This document shows, in pieces, positions 11,201 to 20,307 of a stretch of 64,000 nt of DNA. The notes under the pieces are model-generated. The model ran no database searches. It saw nothing but the letters and a program-made list of their open reading frames with translations, and was not told where the DNA came from. A program made the translations under genes and the position numbers. Origin of the DNA: an uncultured delta proteobacterium (GTDB lineage: Bacteria; Desulfobacterota; Desulfobacteria; Desulfobacterales; JAFDCJ01); the NCBI GenBank assembly GCA_963769935.1, contig CAVYNY010000010.1:761487-825486 (forward strand). Reading direction: 5' to 3'. Position 1 is the first letter of the stretch, and each line of letters begins with the position of its first letter.

Positions 11201-12478
11201 GATTTCAACGGCGGCCCGGGCATGGGTCGTGATTTCATCGACGGCCATATCGGCACCGATAATTTTGCCGATAAATTTGCGGCCGGCCCCGGTGCTTCCC
11301 GCCCCGGCAATACTTAAATCGATGCCGGTCTTTAGCATCATGTCGCGGACGGCGCCGAAGATCGCCTGCACCGCCGCCACCGGTTTGCCGGCGGTACGGG
11401 TGTAAAAGCCGGCCAGGACGGTTTTGGCTTTATCCAGCAGGACGGCCTTGGTGCTGGTGGAACCCACATCGATACCCAGATAGGCGGCAACCGGCCGGCC
11501 GGGCTGCAGGTCGACATAGGTATCGACTTCCACCGGTCCGGTATTCTTCGATTCCGCAGCGCTGAATTCATAGGATTCAAGACCTTCAAAATCCGGGTAA
11601 TCGGAAAGGTTTAATTCCAGCGGTTCATGAACATATTGCAGGCGGGTATGTCCGGCGATCAGAACATCCTCCGGCGACTGAAGCCCGGGGCCAGCCGGCA
11701 GACGCTCCTCATCGGCCAGGCTCAAGGCGGCCCCGACGGCCGCGTACAGCAGCGTTTCATCGCAGATTATCTCTTGGCCGGTCAGCGCGCGCAGGTGTTT
11801 GACGACGGCCCGGTTTAAGGAGACACCGCCGGTAAAGATAATGGGGCCGTGAACGTCAGCGGCGCTGAACAGGGTATCGACAATGTTGCGTGCCAGGCCG
11901 AGGCACAACCCGTCGCAGATTGCCGACAGGGTGCAGCCTTCCTGCTGGGCATGGGCCAGATCGGTTTTGGCGAACACGGCGCAGCGGGATGCAATCCGGG
12001 GCACATCCCCCCGATTGCTCAAAGCGATGCGGCTGAGTTCGGACGCACCGCTCAAATTCAACCTGCGGGCCTGCTGATCCAGAAAGCTGCCGGTGCCCGC
12101 GGCGCAGCCGGTGTTGGATTTATAGCCCAGATAATTGCCGTGTTCGTCCAGGCGGATCAGGCCGAATTTTTCACCTCCCACCAACAGGATGCAGCCGGCC
12201 TTGGCATGAAACCGGCGCACCGCCTTCATCACCGCGACTCGGCTGTCGAAGCGCTGCGTCACTTTTACAATGGCCGGGGTCGATTCGGTCGCGGCAACAG
12301 CACCGATGCCGGTCAGATCGAATTTGCCAAGAATTTCGGCCAGCTTGGGCGCCGTATTGCCGTGGTGAAATTCATAGGCGCTTTGCACGATTTGTTGCTG
12401 GGGATTTACGACGGCCGCCGCAATGGTCACCGAACCGATATCGATGCCGAGGATATTGGGATAAGAAGACATGGTCAA
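8222..12478 (-). CDS. Acyl-CoA dehydratase activase (two BadF/BcrAD-type ASKHA ATPase modules plus DUF2229/2-hydroxyacyl-CoA dehydratase-like domains)
   Basis: GIDIGS and GIDVGSTSTK, two CAAGTGSF motifs, IIEIGGQDAK, CDLCTNHC, FKCSPD; 1418 aa. Confidence 0.9.
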   Translation of the reverse strand: MTMSSYPNILGIDIGSVTIAAAVVNPQQQIVQSAYEFHHGNTAPKLAEILGKFDLTGIGAVAATESTPAIVKVTQRFDSRVAVMKAVRRFHAKAGCILLVGGEKFGLIRLDEHGNYLGYKSNTGCAAGTGSFLDQQARRLNLSGASELSRIALSNRGDVPRIASRCAVFAKTDLAHAQQEGCTLSAICDGLCLGLARNIVDTLFSAADVHGPIIFTGGVSLNRAVVKHLRALTGQEIICDETLLYAAVGAALSLADEERLPAGPGLQSPEDVLIAGHTRLQYVHEPLELNLSDYPDFEGLESYEFSAAESKNTGPVEVDTYVDLQPGRPVAAYLGIDVGSTSTKAVLLDKAKTVLAGFYTRTAGKPVAAVQAIFGAVRDMMLKTGIDLSIAGAGSTGAGRKFIGKIIGADMAVDEITTHARAAVEIDPQVDTIIEIGGQDAKFTTLQNGRVTFSVMNNVCAAGTGSFIEEQAQKLGCPLSEYAARAAHRRSPMASDRCTVFMERDLNHYLNEGYPVDDMLAAVLHSVCENYLTKVAVEKNIGRVISFQGATAKNKALAAAFEKRLGRPIRVSRYCHLTGALGSALMLSDQGVPATRFRGLDLYKKQIPLRSETCDLCTNHCKLTVAEIGSEQVAYGFLCGRDYDIRHYVNNNRTGFDLLKERRRVFACNAGAEIKEEFTIGLPAALHLLEDVPLWQYFFNMLGIKTVTSEGCRDSLKDGKRIAGAEFCAPMTDLHGHVQALLQRADYIFLPFYLDKKGRERGPRRQFCYYTQFAPSLTSLTGGDGTGKKFLSPVVHYLYSSFHTKAQLFRMLKGLCARRLSYFEVAAAYDRAREFMDSCRSRWQAAYRQHTDRADDLHAVLLGRPYTVLSGALHKGIPGILAGLGIKTFFQDMLSYSKQDVASIAPLLNELHWHYAAKILEAAEVVAKSPGAYPILMTAFKCSPDSFAIDYFKQIMASHDKPYLILQLDDHDSAGGYETRIESAVRAFRNHHATRPAVASAAAMTPLVSYKSKKLLNKTMILPNWDPITLNLLAANLNRAGLDARCLEETPPGIRRSMRFNSGQCIPLNIIAQEFIDYVQDHGLDPARTALWMPAGEIACNLKLYPHHIKSILNSYGNGMERADVYLGELSMVDISVTLPVNNYFVYMFGGLLRKIGCKIRPYERHKGETDRVIAGAVDILREAFLGNRTKEQAVAEVASKLAGIETIDRTGQPPRPKVAVFGDLYARDNHVINQDLIHFIEGNGGEVLTTPYSEYLKMISGPYLRKWLIEGHYLSALSSQALMATLKMKEKIYYSYFQRILKEPEPEYDEPAREILARYNLRLEHTGESMDNILKIHYTKKLHPEVALFVQASPAFCCAALITEAMAAEIERQTGVPVVSITYDGTAGSKNDVIIPYLKYPRKDRLSAGRELHRRLG

Positions 12479-12696
12479 TCTCCTAAAATTTTCAAGTTTA
12501 TGGCGACTATAAAACTTTAGGAAAGCACAGAGAATAGAATCAATTCGCTTTACTTATTCAACCAGTCCGTTGCCCGTTATGTATGACAAAAAAAGAAAGG
12601 CGTGTCAAGCTTAAGGTTTAGCCGTTTCATGGAACAATCAAAGCAGTATCCACCCGTCTTAGATACAGTAAGTTTTCTGCTCCAAATGCCGTTCTA

Positions 12697-12850
12697 AAAT
12701 TCCAAATCTCAATACTCAAATTAAAAATACTATTAAAATTCAAAATCTCAATTTCCAAAATGTTCCCGGTGCCTACGCAACCCATCAACTTATCAGCCAA
12801 TCAACCTAATAAACTCAACAAACTCAATAAACTCAATGAACTAATCAACT
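12697..12850 (+). repeat. Low-complexity short-period tandem repeats (AAATCTC/AAATTC-like and AAACTCAAT-like 9-mers)
   Basis: aaattccaaatctcaatactcaaa... and aaactcaacaaactcaataaactcaatgaactaatcaac. Confidence 0.75.
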
Positions 12851-15676
12851 TCATCCCTTCGCCCGGGTGCAGCGATCCACCAGGTACAGAATGGATTTGT
12901 AGTCAAGGCCGCTGTGGGTGGCCAGGCCGATTTCGCAGGTGCGGCTGGTGGAGTAGCCCTCCCTGACCTCGGGCGTCAGCTGCTGTTTCAGATGCCGCAG
13001 GCCGAAGGCGTTCAGCTCGGGTACGTTGAACCCCCGGTCGCCGGCAAAGCCGCAGCAGATCACATCCGGTGCGACCACCTTTTCCGCGCACATTGCAGCC
13101 AGGCGCAGGAAGTCGGCCTCCAGTCCCATTTTCTTGGCGCTGCAAACCGTGTGAATGGCGACGGTCTCCGGAACCTTTTTAAATTCGAGGCGCCGGGTCA
13201 GATATTTGAGCGTGAATTCGATGGGTTCAAACAGCTGCAGGCGGGCATCCAGAGTTTCTTTCATGTGGTACAGGCAGGGGCTCATGTCGCATAAAATCGG
13301 GATGCGCCCGTTGTCCGAGGCGCTCAGCAGGGCATCGCCCAGCTCCCGGGCCTTTTCGCCGGCGGTCTCGGCAAATCCCTTGCTGGCAAAAGGCATGCCG
13401 CAGCACAGCGTGTCCATGCGGTCCGGGTAGATGATGCCGTAGCCGGCTTTCAGAAGCAGCGATTCGGTCTTGCGATTCAACGACTCTTCACGCGTGCGTC
13501 CGGCCGGCCCCATACCGCGGTTGATGCAGGCCGGGAAATAGACGACTTGATCCGTCGCGCCCGATCCGACGCTGCGCAGGGCAATGGCCTCCGCGCCTTT
13601 GGGCATGGCCGGGGTCCACAACGGAATCCGGTTGCCGGACAGGCTGCGCAGCCCGGCGGTGAGGGTTTTCATCAGTCCGGTGCCCAGCATATAGTGAAAA
13701 ATGTTGAGCAAATTCAGCCCCCAGCGGCTTAAGGCTGCAACCGTATCCATCCGTTTGGCAACCTGGGCGCCGATTTGCCGCGCAGCCGGCGTCAATTGAT
13801 CATGGCGCAGGGCTTTGATGAGTTTGCCGGTGTCGATCTCAACCGGACAGGTCAGGGCACACAGACCGTCGGTGGCGCAGGTCTGGTCTCCGTACCAGAT
13901 ATATTCCTTTCTGAGCTCCGCCAGGCGTGCGGGATCTTCTCCCGTAGCGGCCAGACGGGTCATCTCCCGGTAAATGACGATGCGCTGGCGGGCGGACAGC
14001 GTAAAATCATGGGACATGCAGCTGCGCTCGCAGAAGCCGCACTCGGTGCAGGTGTCCACCAGATCGTTGGCAGGCGGCATGGGCTTGATATTTTTGGCAT
14101 GCGCCTCGGGGTCGTCGTTGATAATAACGCCGGGGTTGAGCATACGGCCGGGATCAAAAATCGCCTTGATCTCCTGCATGGCCCCGTAGATCCGATCGCC
14201 CCATTCCCGCCGTACAAAGGGCGCCATGTTGCGGCCGGTCCCATGCTCGGCTTTCAACGAGCCGTCGTATTTGTCCACGACCATGGCAGCGAGCGCTTCC
14301 ATAAACGCCTTGTATTTATCTATCTGCGCAGATTCCGCCATATCCGGCGTGAGCACGAAGTGCACGTTGCCGTCGAATACATGTCCCCAGATGATGGTAT
14401 CTTCGTAGGCAAACTTTGCGAAGAGCCCCTGCAGGTCGAGCAGGCAGTCGCGCAGATTCTCGATGGGTACGGCAATGTCTTCGATGATGACCGTGGTCCC
14501 TTTCCGGCGGGCAATGCACACCGACGGAAACAACCCTTGGCGGATGTTCCAAAGATCCGCCTGCTTGTCCGGACTGGTCGAAAATTCAAATTCGCGCGCC
14601 ATGGGAAAGCCGGCAAAGCCGGCCTTGATTTCAGCCACCTGCTGCTGCAGGACGGCCGGGTCATCGGCCGCGGTTTCAACCAGCAGGGCCGTCACCGACT
14701 CCCCCAGTTCTTTTATGTAGGACGGCATGCCGGGTTTGTCTTCCACGGATCGCAGGGACACCCGGTCCATCAGCTCGGCGGCGCTCACCCGGCACTCCTT
14801 TAGCACCAGAACGGCCTCGCAGGCTTTGGCAATGTCGGGAAAGAGCATCAGCCCGGTCGCTTTCATAGCCGGTTCGTCGAGCGTGCGAAATGTGACCTCC
14901 GCAATAAAGCCGAGGGTCCCTTCCGATCCGATTATCAAATGCTGGATGATCTCGATGGGATCGTCAAAATTAACCAGAGCGCTGATACTGTACCCGGTAG
15001 TGTTTTTGATCCGGTATTTGCGCCGGATGCGGGCCACCGTCTCAGGCTCGCTTTTCAGCGATCGGGAAAGGTTCAGGATCCGATCGACCATATCTTTCTT
15101 ATGCCGCAGAAACGCAGCGCGGCTTTCCGGATCCCGCGTGTCCAGCACCGTACCGTCGCAGAAAACAATCCGCATGCCGCAAACCGTACCCATGCTGTTG
15201 CCGGTAATACCGCTGGCCATGCCGCAGGAGTTGTTGGAGACGATGCCGCCGATTTTAGCGGAGTTTATCGAGGCCGGGTCCGGCCCGATTTTTTTGCGGT
15301 AGGGTGCCAGGCAGCGGTTGGCCTCCGCACCCAGCATACCCACTCCCAGGGTAATTTCGTTCCGGTCGGGGCTGATGTGGTAATCACGCCAGCCTTCGGG
15401 TCCCAGCATCATCAGGACCGAATCGCTCGCGGCCTGACCCGAGAGGCTGGTGCCGGCCGCCCGAAATGTAACGCCCGTGTCATGCGCCCGGCAGGTCTCC
15501 AGAACCGCCAGAACTTCTGTTTCATTCTCGACTTTGACGATCAGCCGGGGGACCATGCGATAGAAGCTGGCATCGGTGCCGTAGGCCAGGGTTCGCAGGG
15601 GATCGGTGATCAGCCGGGCGAGTGGAATTTTGGCGCTCAGACGATTAAAGATCGATTGATAAGGTTCGGCAAGCAT
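12851..15676 (-). CDS. dld: FAD- and Fe-S-binding D-lactate dehydrogenase (Dld-II type; GlcD+GlcF-like fusion)
   Basis: AYGTDASFYR, FRAAGTSLSGQA, GSLKAEHGTGRNMAPFV, CTECGFCE..C, TCATDGLC..CPV, CCG domains and CCGFAGDRG. Confidence 0.85.
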   Translation of the reverse strand: MLAEPYQSIFNRLSAKIPLARLITDPLRTLAYGTDASFYRMVPRLIVKVENETEVLAVLETCRAHDTGVTFRAAGTSLSGQAASDSVLMMLGPEGWRDYHISPDRNEITLGVGMLGAEANRCLAPYRKKIGPDPASINSAKIGGIVSNNSCGMASGITGNSMGTVCGMRIVFCDGTVLDTRDPESRAAFLRHKKDMVDRILNLSRSLKSEPETVARIRRKYRIKNTTGYSISALVNFDDPIEIIQHLIIGSEGTLGFIAEVTFRTLDEPAMKATGLMLFPDIAKACEAVLVLKECRVSAAELMDRVSLRSVEDKPGMPSYIKELGESVTALLVETAADDPAVLQQQVAEIKAGFAGFPMAREFEFSTSPDKQADLWNIRQGLFPSVCIARRKGTTVIIEDIAVPIENLRDCLLDLQGLFAKFAYEDTIIWGHVFDGNVHFVLTPDMAESAQIDKYKAFMEALAAMVVDKYDGSLKAEHGTGRNMAPFVRREWGDRIYGAMQEIKAIFDPGRMLNPGVIINDDPEAHAKNIKPMPPANDLVDTCTECGFCERSCMSHDFTLSARQRIVIYREMTRLAATGEDPARLAELRKEYIWYGDQTCATDGLCALTCPVEIDTGKLIKALRHDQLTPAARQIGAQVAKRMDTVAALSRWGLNLLNIFHYMLGTGLMKTLTAGLRSLSGNRIPLWTPAMPKGAEAIALRSVGSGATDQVVYFPACINRGMGPAGRTREESLNRKTESLLLKAGYGIIYPDRMDTLCCGMPFASKGFAETAGEKARELGDALLSASDNGRIPILCDMSPCLYHMKETLDARLQLFEPIEFTLKYLTRRLEFKKVPETVAIHTVCSAKKMGLEADFLRLAAMCAEKVVAPDVICCGFAGDRGFNVPELNAFGLRHLKQQLTPEVREGYSTSRTCEIGLATHSGLDYKSILYLVDRCTRAKG

Positions 15677-15922
15677 TGTTATCTCCTGTTATTCGAGCAA
15701 TGGCGAAAGTTGAGTACTATATCAGATAAAATATTTAAGGACAACCACGGATGGGGCAAGCCGGAGTGACGGCGGCGTGCATAATTATTTAACGCTTGTA
15801 AACCTTGCCGGCCCTATGATAGCCATTAAAAGGCCGTAAAAGGAAACTGGAAAAATCAAGCTTCAAATACCGACTCCCAAACAATTACGAATAGCCAAAA
15901 TTCACAAGGTGAGGTTGTAAAG

Positions 15923-16726
15923 ATGACGATCAAAGTGTGTTTGGCCGGCGCAACCGGCTGGGCCGGCTCGGCACTTGCAAAAGCAATTCATGCGGCCGCT
16001 GATATGGAACTGGTGGGTGGCGTGTCCCGAACCCACGCGGGCAGGCAGCTGGCAGAGGCCATCAATTGCCCTGGAATTTCCCTTACCCTCAGCGGCACGG
16101 CCGCCGAAGCCCTAAAGGCGAATTGTGACGTTTTTGTCGAATTCACCAAACCCGACATCGCCCTGAATAACATCCTGCTGGCGCTGGAAGCCGGCGCGCA
16201 TGTGGTGGTGGGGACTTCCGGCTTGACGGACGACGACTTCCGCCGGATCGAGGAGGCAGCGGCCGCAAAGGGGCGCGGTGTGCTGGCCGCCGGCAATTTC
16301 GCCCTGACGGCTGTTTTGCTGCAAAAATTTGCGGTGATGGCCGCCAAATATATTCCGCACTGCGAAATAATCGATTATGCCCACGCCGACAAAGTCGACG
16401 TGCCGAGCGGAACCGTGCGGGAACTGGCCCACCGTTTGGGCCGGATTCGCAAATCGGCGCTGGACATCCCCTTGGAAGGTGTCCAGGGACCCCGCGAGAC
16501 CCGCGGTGCACGCCTCGACGGCACCCAGGTTCACGCCGTGCGTCTTCCGGGATATGTTATCGCCGCGGAAGTCATATTCGGGATGCCGGACCAGAAACTG
16601 ATCCTGCGCCATGAAGCCGGGGCCGGGGCCGAACCCTACGTCGACGGCGCCCTGCTGGCGATCAGAAAAGTCGGCACGTTCACCGGACTGCGGCGCGGGT
16701 TGGATGCGGTGATGGATTTAGGCTAA
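15923..16726 (+). CDS. dapB: 4-hydroxy-tetrahydrodipicolinate reductase
   Basis: VCLAGATGWAG, VVVGTSG, GNFA, HADKVDVPSGT, HAVRLPG. Confidence 0.9.
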   Translation: MTIKVCLAGATGWAGSALAKAIHAAADMELVGGVSRTHAGRQLAEAINCPGISLTLSGTAAEALKANCDVFVEFTKPDIALNNILLALEAGAHVVVGTSGLTDDDFRRIEEAAAAKGRGVLAAGNFALTAVLLQKFAVMAAKYIPHCEIIDYAHADKVDVPSGTVRELAHRLGRIRKSALDIPLEGVQGPRETRGARLDGTQVHAVRLPGYVIAAEVIFGMPDQKLILRHEAGAGAEPYVDGALLAIRKVGTFTGLRRGLDAVMDLG

Positions 16727-16797
16727 AGCTTTCAACCAAAGGTGCCGAAATCGGAGAAAAACGGTCTATGTTAGGCCTGCACGAATGGAAGGAAAGC

Positions 16798-17568
16798 ATG
16801 AGCACATCCCCAAAATGTCCGCAATGCGGCTTCGCAGCCGACACACCCTTTAAGGAATGCCCCCACTGCGGCGTCATCCTCAGCAAATTTTTGCAGAGTT
16901 CCGAAGAAGGCGGCCAGGCCGAAGGCAGATCGGCTGCCGAAAAGAATTCCTACCTGGCGCAGCTGGCCGGAGCCGACGCGCTGATTATCCGGCAGCAGAA
17001 AGAATGGGGTGAAATCCTCACCGGATTTGAAACGAAAAACCGGTATGAGGTAATGGACCACCTGAACAATCCGCTGATTGAGGCCTTGGAGGAAGGCGGT
17101 TCGGCCCTGACCACGATCACCCGGATATTTTTGAAGGCCCTGCGGCCTTTTACCATGCATCTGTTTTCACCGCAGGGAACCGGACTCTTTAAACTGACGC
17201 GGCCGTTTCGCTTTTACTTTCATGAACTCGAAGTTTGCCGGCCTGACGGCGCCCCATTGGGCAAAATCAAACGGCGCTTTGCCGTATTGCGCAGAATGTA
17301 CGCGGTCCTCGACCGCCAGGGCCAAGAAATATTCAGACTTTTCGGCCCGCTGCTGCATCCATGGACCTTTCAGATTCGAAAAGACGGGCAGGAGCTGGGT
17401 AAAATTACCAAAAAGTGGAGCGGCCTGGTTAAGGAATCATTTACGGATGCCGACAATTTCGGCATCACCTTTCCGCCGGGAATCGACCTTTCGCAAAAAG
17501 CCGTCCTGTTAGGAGCTGTTTTTCTGATTGATTTCGTACACTTTGAAAACCGAAGCAAACGCAACTGA
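16798..17568 (+). CDS. Zinc-ribbon plus phospholipid-scramblase-like (LURP-one/tubby-C fold) protein
   Basis: N-terminal CPQC...CPHC; GFETKNRYEV, LRPFTM, GKITKKWSG, FTDADNFGITFP, KAVLLGAVFLIDF. Confidence 0.8.
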   Translation: MSTSPKCPQCGFAADTPFKECPHCGVILSKFLQSSEEGGQAEGRSAAEKNSYLAQLAGADALIIRQQKEWGEILTGFETKNRYEVMDHLNNPLIEALEEGGSALTTITRIFLKALRPFTMHLFSPQGTGLFKLTRPFRFYFHELEVCRPDGAPLGKIKRRFAVLRRMYAVLDRQGQEIFRLFGPLLHPWTFQIRKDGQELGKITKKWSGLVKESFTDADNFGITFPPGIDLSQKAVLLGAVFLIDFVHFENRSKRN

Positions 17569-17671
17569 CAACCGACGACTCGGAATTTCCACTTCTGATT
17601 TAGGCATCCGTGTTTACACCAATCCAATGCACGCTGCATGGCAGACGGGTGTTCTTTTTCAATTACGCAAG

Positions 17672-17701
17672 AATCAGCCGCCCGGCGCCGGGCGGCTGAT
17701 T
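17672..17701. terminator. Perfect 30-bp palindrome between convergent genes
   Basis: aatcagccgcccggcgccgggcggctgatt is its own reverse complement. Confidence 0.65.
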
Positions 17702-17727
17702 GCAAACGTCTCCAATTAGGTTTCAGT

Positions 17728-18009
17728 CTATTCAACGACAATCATATCTTTATTATTCTCATATGTCTTGTCGCCGATCCCCGAGACCATGGTTATATCT
17801 GCAGGACTTTTGAAGGGGCCGTTTTTATCGCGGTACTCAATGATCTTGGCCGCCGTACTGGGGCCGACACCTTTCAGCTGAGCCAGTTCTTCGGCTGATG
17901 CCTTGTTAATATTGATTTTGGCAGCGTCTCCGGCATACACACTGATTCCACTCAACAAAAGCGCCAATACCGCCACAAGCACTGGAATAATAACTAGGCT
18001 TCGCTTCAT
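17728..18009 (-). CDS. comEA: ComEA-family helix-hairpin-helix DNA-binding protein
   Basis: Signal peptide; KININKASAEELAQLKGVGPSTAAKIIEYR..NGPFKS...VSGIG. Confidence 0.9.
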   Translation of the reverse strand: MKRSLVIIPVLVAVLALLLSGISVYAGDAAKININKASAEELAQLKGVGPSTAAKIIEYRDKNGPFKSPADITMVSGIGDKTYENNKDMIVVE

Positions 18010-18437
18010 AGTTCTCCTCCTTTTGAGTTGAATTTTCTTTTTCCCAATACTCTCAAGCCGGCCTCCGCATGTTCCTAATGGAAGCAGTTTGTGGTGTCAA
18101 CCCTTTTTTACTGTCGTCAATAAGAAGCATAATTATCTTCTTTGTTAACTAGTCAATTGTAGTAAAACCTCATCAAGTCATGTCAATTTTATAAAAAAAA
18201 TATTAACTAGAGTAAAATAAAGTAAAAACTAAAAATCCATAATTTTTTTTTCAAACAATTAGCTGCATAGAATATTGACCCGGAAGATCGATCTCTGATT
18301 TCACCTTTTGCCTTTTATCTTTAGCCCTCATATGAAACTTGGAATCTTTTATAATCAGAGACGCTATTGATTTTTCGTATACTGTTCCATTTTTATAATG
18401 TATATTCAGGTATCCTATTCGAATTTTATATAAAATT

Positions 18438-19124
18438 GTGGGGCACAACACTTGGAGGAATACGTACTTGTCCAGACTCCCTGAATCCTTTCATGAACTG
18501 CAGGCTGTTTTCGACCGCTGGGCGGAGGCGCTTCAGCAGTACCGGGACAATGAAAACCGCATCGCTTTCATCGGCAATGAAATGCCCGGGCTGCTGTTGA
18601 ACCGTTCTCATTTCAAGAAAATCCTGACCAACATCGTCCGGGGCGGCAATTATCCCGATGCGCGCCAGGCCACCTTGTTCTCAAATGAGTTCATTCTTTT
18701 CATCAACGACCGGCGGATTTTTTCCGTCCGTTTGTACATCTACGAGCCGGGTCAATATACACCCGTTCACGACCACAATTCCTGGGGCGTCTACGGTTGC
18801 GTCTCGAAAAAGATCGAAGTCATTCGCTACCGGCGGACCGACGATGAATCGAAGCCGGATTACGCCCGTCTGCAGGAAATCGAACGACCGGTCCTGCAGC
18901 CCGGAGAGACGACATCCGTACTGCCGCTCAACGACGGCATCCACCAGGCCGGCAATCCCAACAATCAGACTGCCATGATGCTCGGCGTTTACGGCACGCC
19001 TATCCGCAGACTTTACGTGAATCAATATGACATCCTGCAAAACTCCGTAAGCAGACGGTATCCGCCCCGTCTGCGGAAAAAGAGACTGGCAGCGAAGGCC
19101 CTCGAAGCATTAGACGGCGATTAA
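18438..19124 (+). CDS. Cysteine dioxygenase-family cupin
   Basis: YEPGQYTPVHDHNSWG...GIHQAGN 3-His cupin motifs. Confidence 0.75.
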   Translation: MGHNTWRNTYLSRLPESFHELQAVFDRWAEALQQYRDNENRIAFIGNEMPGLLLNRSHFKKILTNIVRGGNYPDARQATLFSNEFILFINDRRIFSVRLYIYEPGQYTPVHDHNSWGVYGCVSKKIEVIRYRRTDDESKPDYARLQEIERPVLQPGETTSVLPLNDGIHQAGNPNNQTAMMLGVYGTPIRRLYVNQYDILQNSVSRRYPPRLRKKRLAAKALEALDGD

Positions 19125-19194
19125 GTTTGATACTTCAAAATAAAAAAATGCAACCTAATTCTAGATTTCGGCTTTAATATTACCAGGATCAGCC

Positions 19195-19497
19195 ATGCCT
19201 TCCTATCCATCCGTAATTCCATTGCATACCACCGTGAAGGGCCGCGTACGCCTTAAAATCGAGGGCCTGGCCCACTGCCAGGCCCTAAAAATCGAGCTCG
19301 AAGCCACATTTTCCCGGCAGCCGGATATCCGCTCGGCCTCGGCCAGCTCCTTGGCCTTGCAGCTTTTGCCGTTTTTTGTTCCCGGACTGCGCCGCCTGCT
19401 GAAGATTGCGCCCCTGACACCCGTCGACCTGGCCCTTGCCGGCGCCAACGCGGTTCTGGCCCTGGCTGTCCATAATCGCCTAAAACATTGCCGATGA
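19195..19497 (+). pseudogene. Internally deleted cation-transporting P-type ATPase (N-terminal HMA2-like segment fused to the last TM segments)
   Basis: LHTTVKGRVRLKIEGL...SASAS runs directly into SLALQLLPFFVPGLRRLLKIAPLTPVD; no DKTGT or TGES motif. Confidence 0.65.
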
Positions 19498-19500
19498 AAG

Positions 19501-19680
19501 GTTTCAGGTTTCGGGTGTCAGAAGACAGAGGCTGCGAGGCTGGAAGGCCGGAAGTTGGAAGCTTGGAGGCTGGAAAGCAAACCCTCGGATCTTTGTCCAT
19601 CCCTTTTACCACTCACCTGCAACCTTTCCGCCTTTAACCTTTGGCCTTTGCTGACACCGAACCTGACACCTGGAACCCTT
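19501..19680. repeat. Composite short-period repeat with terminal inverted motifs
   Basis: gtttcaggtttcgggtgtcag ... ctgacaccgaacctgacacctggaacc flank ~8-mer repeats (gaggctg/gaagctt) and cctttccgcctttaaccttt. Confidence 0.7.
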
Positions 19681-19754
19681 TATATATAGCCTTGCACCTG
19701 CCCCTTTTATGCTGTAGACAATGAGTTCCTTAAGCTGAGGAAGGAGGAGCGACC

Positions 19755-20246
19755 ATGCCGGACATGCTGATCAAATTGTATGACCTGGAGGATGATTGGA
19801 GTTTCATGGAGGCGCAAAAAGAACAGGGAATTGCGATCCGCAAACCCATCGGACCTGAGGCGCATTTAATCCGCAAGTGGGTATTCGATCAATTCAGCGC
19901 CGGCTGGGCTGCTGAAACCGATGCGGCCCTGGCCAACCGGCCCCGCAGTTGCTTTATAGCCGTTAAGGATTCAATGATCATCGGCTTTGCCTGCTATGAT
20001 GCAACCGCCCTGGGATTCTTCGGACCCATCGGTGTTGCCGCGTCCCATCGCCGGAAGGGCACCGGCACGGCGCTGATGACGGCGTGTCTGCTCGACATGA
20101 AATTAAAACAATATGGCTATGCAGTTGTCGGCGGCGTGGAAGACACGGATTACTACCGAAAAAACGCCAGGGCCGTTGAAATCCCCGATTCATCGCCGGG
20201 CATTTACGGCAAAAAATTGAAGATTGAATATAAGGTAAAAGGCTGA
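19755..20246 (+). CDS. GNAT N-acetyltransferase
   Basis: MPDMLIKLY, FFGPIGV..HRRKGTG (acetyl-CoA motif A), GYGYAVVGG. Confidence 0.85.
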   Translation: MPDMLIKLYDLEDDWSFMEAQKEQGIAIRKPIGPEAHLIRKWVFDQFSAGWAAETDAALANRPRSCFIAVKDSMIIGFACYDATALGFFGPIGVAASHRRKGTGTALMTACLLDMKLKQYGYAVVGGVEDTDYYRKNARAVEIPDSSPGIYGKKLKIEYKVKG

Positions 20247-20307
20247 AGGTAATTAGACTGAGCGCAGCGAAACCACAAATATTCAATTTTCAATCTTCAA
20301 TATTCAA

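Noticed and set aside
12760..12966. ORF with NKLNKLNKLNEL, and the repeats as a possible CRISPR array
   Set aside because: This is a translation of a 9-nt tandem repeat. There are no unique spacers and no cas genes.
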